Notes under the pieces: generated by a model
Database searches by the model: none
What the model was told of the DNA's origin: nothing
The model's input: the letters and a program-made list of their open reading frames with translations, nothing else
DNA from: Bdellovibrionales bacterium
Lineage (GTDB): Bacteria; Bdellovibrionota; Bdellovibrionia; Bdellovibrionales; JAGQZY01
DNA length: 64,000 bases
Assembly: GCA_964230645.1 (NCBI GenBank)
Contig: CAXRHT010000002.1
Span: forward strand, 288,001 to 352,000
Direction of reading: 5' to 3'
Made by a program: the position numbers and the translations under genes
Shown here: piece by piece, positions 59,030-64,000 of the stretch
Layout: each line of letters starts with the position of its first letter
How positions within the stretch are numbered: position 1 is the first letter of the stretch

Positions 59030-59654
59030 ACCCTCAATATTAGCCTACTTTTTAATCCTCCCTCTCTTCCCCCAAAGTCTTTGGAAGCCCATCACCTTTG
59101 ATGGTGTTCCCAAAAATCAAGTCTACTATTCAAAAGAAAAAGTAAAAATCAAGGTACAGAACTCGGCCTCCCCTCTAATTTACCCCTTTGATAAGCCTAA
59201 AAAAGTAGCAGGCCTAAGCGTTGAAGCTGAACTCATCGGGACACTTCCCCGCCTCCCCCAGGGCAAAGCTCAGGGGCTTAAAGAAACAGATGACTATGTT
59301 CTAAGGATTGGCCTCATTTTAAAAGGCGATTCAAAACTGAACTGGATGCAAAGACAAATGGCGCCTAGCTGGCTTGTTGAAATGGAAAAGCTTGTACCTG
59401 CACCTTACGGGATCAAACATGTGGAGTTTTTCACCACCTGTCTTAACTCGATTAAAAAAGGAAAACGCCAGGCTCACTATATGAATGAAAAGTTACAGGA
59501 GACTTGCGTTACGCCTTTAACCAAACCTGGAAAATTTAAAATTGAAAAAGATTTTTCTGAAAGCTTCGAAGTGCTTGGATTGTGGGTCGCATCCGACGCC
59601 GACCAATTAAAAAATCAGTTTGAAGTTCATATTCATAAAATTGAATTAAATTAA
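59016..59654 (+). CDS. Secreted hypothetical protein, possibly DUF3047-like
   Basis: Probable TTG start overlapping the upstream gene; SASPL, DDYVLRIG, LWVASDADQ. Confidence 0.55.
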   Translation: MKNYKPSILAYFLILPLFPQSLWKPITFDGVPKNQVYYSKEKVKIKVQNSASPLIYPFDKPKKVAGLSVEAELIGTLPRLPQGKAQGLKETDDYVLRIGLILKGDSKLNWMQRQMAPSWLVEMEKLVPAPYGIKHVEFFTTCLNSIKKGKRQAHYMNEKLQETCVTPLTKPGKFKIEKDFSESFEVLGLWVASDADQLKNQFEVHIHKIELN

Positions 59655-59657
59655 AAA

Positions 59658-59891
59658 CTAGTTACAAGTGAAAAGCATTTTATAAGCTTTATAAGAACCC
59701 TGTGGTCCTCCGACTCGGTCCATTCGCACACTGCGTACCACAGAATATCCGCGCCGGCAGTGATTTCTCGCTTTTAGGTGACACTGCTGCAACCAGTACT
59801 TGCAGTCAACTTGATGCTGTTGCCGGGGGGCCTCATGGCTGGCACAAGAAGCAAAAAAGAATAAAGTAGTGAGGCATAAGCTTTTTAGCAT
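59658..59891 (-). CDS. Small Cys-rich lipoprotein
   Basis: MLKSLCLTTLFFFASC; C...C..KA...C..GY.V...C pattern. Confidence 0.65.
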   Translation of the reverse strand: MLKSLCLTTLFFFASCASHEAPRQQHQVDCKYWLQQCHLKARNHCRRGYSVVRSVRMDRVGGPQGSYKAYKMLFTCN

Positions 59892-59971
59892 AACCCTATC
59901 ATCACCTAGGAAGCTTTTAAGCGCAATCCTCACTGAAGGGAGATCCTTTTTAATTCCGACGAAAGACTTGC

Positions 59972-60005
59972 AAAAAAAAGCCTTTCACTAGGAAATGTGA
60001 AAGGC
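59972..60005 (-). terminator. Intrinsic terminator
   Basis: GCCTTTCAC-taggaaat-GTGAAAGGC preceded by an A run. Confidence 0.75.
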
Positions 60006-60033
60006 CTTCTTGAATTTTAGTTTGTTAATTCGA

Positions 60034-60534
60034 TTACAATTCTAATTTAATTGAAACTTCCGCATCAACAAGCTGGCAGGCTTCGTCTGGTGCTACATCT
60101 GTACCGGCAATAGGACCCGCGTTAAAAGTTAAACGAACCAAACGTGAAGAGGACCCAAGGCCTTCATCGTCTCCAAAAGTAAGAGTGGAAATGAGATTAC
60201 CGTTACCGTTCTCATAGGCTTTTGAACCATACCAGGGGCTTTTGCCTTGAGAGACGTTCTTACGTGTTTGCTTCACTACGACTTCAAAGTCGGTAGCCGA
60301 GGGGCCATACTGCCTGGGTGCATCCATCATCCAAGCCACAGCAACGTTTGCACACTGAGCCACTATTGAAGAATAAGAATCGGGCTCATTTTGACTTGTG
60401 GGTTGCGGAGAAGGCGACACACAGCTCGGTCCACCCGTTAAAGCTTTGCCATCACAATTATTACCCTCAAAAGCATTTTGACCAAAGGCCAGTGAAGACG
60501 CCAATAGAAGGGAGAGTATTAATCCAGTTTTCAT
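60034..60534 (-). CDS. Secreted hypothetical protein
   Basis: AAGGA RBS, signal peptide ending AFG, four Cys. Confidence 0.75.
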   Translation of the reverse strand: MKTGLILSLLLASSLAFGQNAFEGNNCDGKALTGGPSCVSPSPQPTSQNEPDSYSSIVAQCANVAVAWMMDAPRQYGPSATDFEVVVKQTRKNVSQGKSPWYGSKAYENGNGNLISTLTFGDDEGLGSSSRLVRLTFNAGPIAGTDVAPDEACQLVDAEVSIKLEL

Positions 60535-60792
60535 TCGTATATCCTTTTCTTTGTTTTGTTTTGCTTGCCTAGTTATATCAATAACTTAGAGAAAATCCCG
60601 TGATTTCCCACAGGCCTGAAATATTTCCTTAAATGTGAGACTAAAAAATAGACAAAAAGAGCAATTACAATAAAGTGAAAGGCTCTCTTTAAAAGAAATT
60701 CAGTATTTACAATAATAGCTGTGTCCTCGCAGACTCTGCCTTAGTTCTACTTGAAAGAACCATTCCCATAGACAGCCCCCTTAGGAGGAGCC

Positions 60793-61986
60793 ATGAAGAC
60801 ACTTTTATTTTTCTCGGTTTTATTTTACCTACCCGTTCTCATTGCTTTTGAGCCCTGTGCTGATATTTCTGCTGAGCCCACTGATGCTCCAAAGCTCTAC
60901 GAGATTGTTCCCGTAAAGAGGGGTGCGAAACTCTCTGCCGTAAAAAGCTCAACTCTGATTGACCCTCGACAAATTTTTGAAGCCGTCAATGAGAATCACC
61001 GCTTTACCACTTATCGCTGTTGGGATAAAAATCACAACACCACAGGTTTTGATCCTCAGCTTATAACAGAAATCGTAGCCCACTCAGGTCAATACAAATA
61101 CATTCGCTTTCACTCTATCCCTTGGGAAGAGCCCACAGGAGAGCCGATTAGTTTTTTTAGTCATCTCGATCAAGCACTCCTTAAAGCCTCAAATCTTCAA
61201 ATTGATTCCAACGGGAACATTGCCGGAGGTTCTGTAGCCCAGGCCGGTATGTCTATTACCGAGGAGAGATTGAAGTGGGGCACGATGGTGGGACCGATTT
61301 ACCGTGCAGGTAAGGTTTTAATTGGGCGACTAGCTAATGACCCCAATCTCCTTGAGTCTTTGTCACTTGCGGCTCCGGATCTAAACCTGACAAGCTCTAA
61401 AGTTTTAAAAGACCTTATGAGCCTACCCACTCCAGGAGAAGATCCCTATGAGGCGCTAAGAGGATTGACTCTTGTCACCGAAGGTCACGGCACCATTCGT
61501 GGTGATTATTTTATTGAAATGGAAAAACGCCATCCCGGCACGGTTGCGATTTTGACTCACTCCCCAGAACTAAAAACTCTTGATGGAGAATGGGACGAAA
61601 AGAAACTTAATGTCGTGCTCACTAGTAACGAGATCATCAATGAATTAGTGAACAGTAAACTCCTTACGGGCCAAAAAGTTTTAGGCCTTGATATTGACCT
61701 CACTATGGTCGATTCCGGCTCTATCCATTCTCTTAAAGAGGAAGGAAAAATTGATGGTGAGTTTATCGATGTTGTCACTAGGAATTTAAGTCTTGTCGAC
61801 AAGGAACTCTCTTTTGTTTTTGGTCTAGGCGATGGCATTGTGGTCTCTAAAGCCAACGACGAAATGAAAATGTTTATGGAGAAAAACTTAAGTGCTATTA
61901 TTTGTAGTGGGCGTCTTGAGGAGTTAGTGACAAGATGGTTTAAAGACTCTAATTCTGCGGACCTTAGCTGGGCTGATTGTCAGTAG
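60793..61986 (+). CDS. Divergent family-3 (polar amino acid) substrate-binding-protein-like protein
   Basis: AGGAGG RBS; GFDPQLI, AGMSITEERLK...PIY, GIVVSKAN.E...SGRLEELVTRWF. Confidence 0.65.
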   Translation: MKTLLFFSVLFYLPVLIAFEPCADISAEPTDAPKLYEIVPVKRGAKLSAVKSSTLIDPRQIFEAVNENHRFTTYRCWDKNHNTTGFDPQLITEIVAHSGQYKYIRFHSIPWEEPTGEPISFFSHLDQALLKASNLQIDSNGNIAGGSVAQAGMSITEERLKWGTMVGPIYRAGKVLIGRLANDPNLLESLSLAAPDLNLTSSKVLKDLMSLPTPGEDPYEALRGLTLVTEGHGTIRGDYFIEMEKRHPGTVAILTHSPELKTLDGEWDEKKLNVVLTSNEIINELVNSKLLTGQKVLGLDIDLTMVDSGSIHSLKEEGKIDGEFIDVVTRNLSLVDKELSFVFGLGDGIVVSKANDEMKMFMEKNLSAIICSGRLEELVTRWFKDSNSADLSWADCQ

Positions 61987-62013
61987 CAAATTACGTTTGC
62001 TCACCAAAATACT

Positions 62014-62448
62014 TTAGAAGTCGTTTTTCCAGTCTTTTTGCCTCTGGCGTTTTCTCTCCCCGGTTTGCTTTTTTTCTTTGATACGCTTGTTGTGAGCGGA
62101 GCGGGGAACTTTTGTTTTCTTGCGTTTTTTGGGTTTGCTCAGTGCTTTCTCAAGAGCTTTAAACATTTTACGAACGCAATGGTCTTGGTTTTGCGGTCTT
62201 GTGCGATAGCGGTCACTATAGAAAAGAACATTTTTTTCTTTGTTAATCCTGCGTTCTAATTTTTTAAAAAGAAGACTTTTTTGCTCGTCATTAAAAACTC
62301 GGGTCTGAAAAAGAGGCCATATCAATTCCACTCGGGACTCTGTTTTATTGACCTTTTGGCCACCAGGCCCGCCACTTCTTGAATACTGGAAGTCAAACTC
62401 TGTTTTGAGTTGCTGTTTTTGTTTTTCCGACAAAATGTACTGAATCAT
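62014..62448 (-). CDS. arfB: Alternative ribosome rescue factor B (peptidyl-tRNA hydrolase)
   Basis: SRSGGPGGQKVNKTES (GGQ), R.R.QN, basic C-terminal tail; ATGA overlap with the DMT gene. Confidence 0.92.
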   Translation of the reverse strand: MIQYILSEKQKQQLKTEFDFQYSRSGGPGGQKVNKTESRVELIWPLFQTRVFNDEQKSLLFKKLERRINKEKNVLFYSDRYRTRPQNQDHCVRKMFKALEKALSKPKKRKKTKVPRSAHNKRIKEKKQTGERKRQRQKDWKNDF

Positions 62449-63299
62449 ACTTTGCGCCTCATCTTTAAGGGTCTTTTTGACACTAAATAATTTCCGCAAA
62501 GACAGAAAAAGACAAGAAGAACCCCACAGATTTGTAAATAGCTAAGCTTTTCGTTAAAAATCAACCAACCCAATAAAACTCCCCAAAAAAGACCGGCGTA
62601 GTTAAAAACCATCACTTTTGCTGCAGCCTCCAGCTGATAAGCAAGTGTCATGCAGTATTGGGCCACCTGTGTGAGGCTACCAATACCTAGCAAAATCAGC
62701 CAATCATAGCCCTGAGGCGTTTCCCATTGATAAGCCATTATAGGACTTACCATTGGAATCGTTATCAGCGGAAAATAGAGTATCACCACAAGCGGATCTT
62801 CAGTCGTGCGTAAATGTCGAACACAAGTATAAGCCATGGCTGCAAATAAAGCGGCACCAATTCCAAGCAGCATCCATATCCATGGAACCGGTTGTACCTC
62901 ACCCCGTACCATGACCACCCCTAGAAAGGAAAAAACCAAAAACACCCATTGTGATAAATTGGCTTTTTCTTTTAAATAAAAGTGGGCAATGATCACAGTA
63001 AATATCGGTGACAAATTAATGAGGGTCATACCCACTGCTAAGGGCACCTTCTGTAAGCAGGTAAATAGCGACAACAGGGCTATGGTGCCCAAAAATCCTC
63101 TTAAAAAAAGGACTTTTATATTGTTTCCCCAGAAGGAAGCTCCCTTTTTCCAAATAAAAAAAGAGCAAATTACAGCCGATATGCCAGCTCGGAAGACGAC
63201 GATCTGCGAGGCTGGCAGGTGTTCCAACCATTTCACCCCCACATTTATCACCGAATACAAACTTGTCGCCGCTATCAACAACCATACCGCACGCTGCAT
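62445..63299 (-). CDS. DMT/EamA family transporter
   Basis: About 10 TM helices in two EamA repeats; LSPIFTVIIA..YLKEK, LLGWLIFNEKL. Likely start ATG 63299. Confidence 0.9.
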   Translation of the reverse strand: MQRAVWLLIAATSLYSVINVGVKWLEHLPASQIVVFRAGISAVICSFFIWKKGASFWGNNIKVLFLRGFLGTIALLSLFTCLQKVPLAVGMTLINLSPIFTVIIAHFYLKEKANLSQWVFLVFSFLGVVMVRGEVQPVPWIWMLLGIGAALFAAMAYTCVRHLRTTEDPLVVILYFPLITIPMVSPIMAYQWETPQGYDWLILLGIGSLTQVAQYCMTLAYQLEAAAKVMVFNYAGLFWGVLLGWLIFNEKLSYLQICGVLLVFFCLCGNYLVSKRPLKMRRKV

Positions 63300-63324
63300 A
63301 GGACGATAAAACCACAGACTCTCT

Positions 63325-63367
63325 AATAAATGCACCTTGTTAAGGCGTCTAACAAGGTGCATTTATT
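63325..63367. repeat. Perfect 18-bp inverted repeat in a divergent intergenic region
   Basis: AATAAATGCACCTTGTTA-aggcgtc-TAACAAGGTGCATTTATT. Confidence 0.85.
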
Positions 63368-63438
63368 TTCACTTTCCTTTAAAAATGAGAGTTCACTGAA
63401 GTAGAAGATTCGCATTATTCAAAGCTAGGAGAGGACCA

Positions 63439-63717
63439 ATGGGTAAAGAAGTCACGATCGAACTCTATGGGGATGTTTTCAACTTTGAGATCGAAGACGA
63501 TGAGTCGATCTTGGATGGAGCCCTGAGAAACGATATCGATGCCCCTTACGCCTGTATGTCTGGAACCTGCAACTCTTGCCAGGCTTCTGTTGTTGAAGGT
63601 GAGGTTAAAATGGAAGACGCTGAGGCTCTTACTGACGATGAGATTGAGTCCGGTGAAATCCTCACCTGCTGCTCTTTTCCTACCACCGATAAAATTAAGG
63701 TGAAATACCCCGATTGA
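63439..63717 (+). CDS. Plant-type 2Fe-2S ferredoxin
   Basis: PYACMSGTCNSC...ILTC; AGGAGAGG RBS. Confidence 0.93.
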   Translation: MGKEVTIELYGDVFNFEIEDDESILDGALRNDIDAPYACMSGTCNSCQASVVEGEVKMEDAEALTDDEIESGEILTCCSFPTTDKIKVKYPD

Positions 63718-63736
63718 TAATTTTAGCAAGCAAAAT

Positions 63737-63770
63737 AAAAAAAGCCGGTTTCAATAGCCGGCTTTTTTTT
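63737..63770. terminator. Bidirectional intrinsic terminator
   Basis: AAAAAAAGCCGG-tttcaatag-CCGGCTTTTTTTT. Confidence 0.85.
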
Positions 63771-63795
63771 ATTTTAAATATTTGAAAGGGCTTTA

Positions 63796-64000
63796 TTAGC
63801 TATCTTTCTTACCACCTTTTTTCTCGCTGGCTTCATCGACGATTTTCAAAAGTTCCACTTCAAATTTCAAAGCCGCTCCACCAGGAATTTTTGGTGGTGC
63901 ACCACGATCGCCATAAGCGATTTCTGAAGGACAGTAGAACTCAGCCTTAGCTCCAGGCTTCATCTTAGAAACCCCTTCCTGCCAACACTTAATCACTCTA
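63796..64000 (-). CDS. FKBP-type peptidyl-prolyl isomerase, C-terminal part
   Basis: VIKCWQEG..KMKPG, PSEIAYG.RG.PP.IPGGAALKFEVELL. Confidence 0.93.
   Translation of the reverse strand, partial: RVIKCWQEGVSKMKPGAKAEFYCPSEIAYGDRGAPPKIPGGAALKFEVELLKIVDEASEKKGGKKDS

Noticed and set aside
63415..63729. Antisense ORF over the ferredoxin, and the many other short overlapping ORFs in the track
   Set aside because: Shadow frames of well-supported genes, without recognisable motifs.

Overview
A gene-dense 64 kb chromosomal segment, most likely from a predatory Bdellovibrionota bacterium. This is an inference from FQNC/YQNC-type lipoprotein signals, many orphan secreted proteins, a peptidoglycan deacetylase next to an L,D-transpeptidase, secreted nucleases and a DUF1552/DUF1592 cytochrome pair. 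Recognisable genes are mutM, sohB, hmgA, arfB, mlaA, an RsmB/NOP methyltransferase, MscS, a 2Fe-2S ferredoxin and an FKBP. I saw no rRNA, tRNA, CRISPR array, transposase or prophage. The most striking non-coding signal is a TGTC/CGTC-tagged REP-like palindrome family at three loci (19770-20041, 26728-27037, 45301-45378). Its stems co-vary around a GA-GC(GNA)GC-GA core, and at every locus the outer end is tandemly reiterated, together with flanking bases at two loci. Notable coding oddities: (1) an intact but catalytically erased FAD-oxidoreductase/SelD fusion heading an operon with a DUF432-like gene, MscS and an RNA m5C methyltransferase; (2) a peptidase / inactive transglutaminase-7TM / ATP-grasp ligase operon; (3) two secreted tandem paralogs with a possible acyltransferase fold; (4) an OppA-like gene whose lipoprotein signal lacks a canonical start codon; (5) a diheme cytochrome c with Glu at the usual Met-ligand position. 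All family assignments come from motif recognition by eye; no database search was run.
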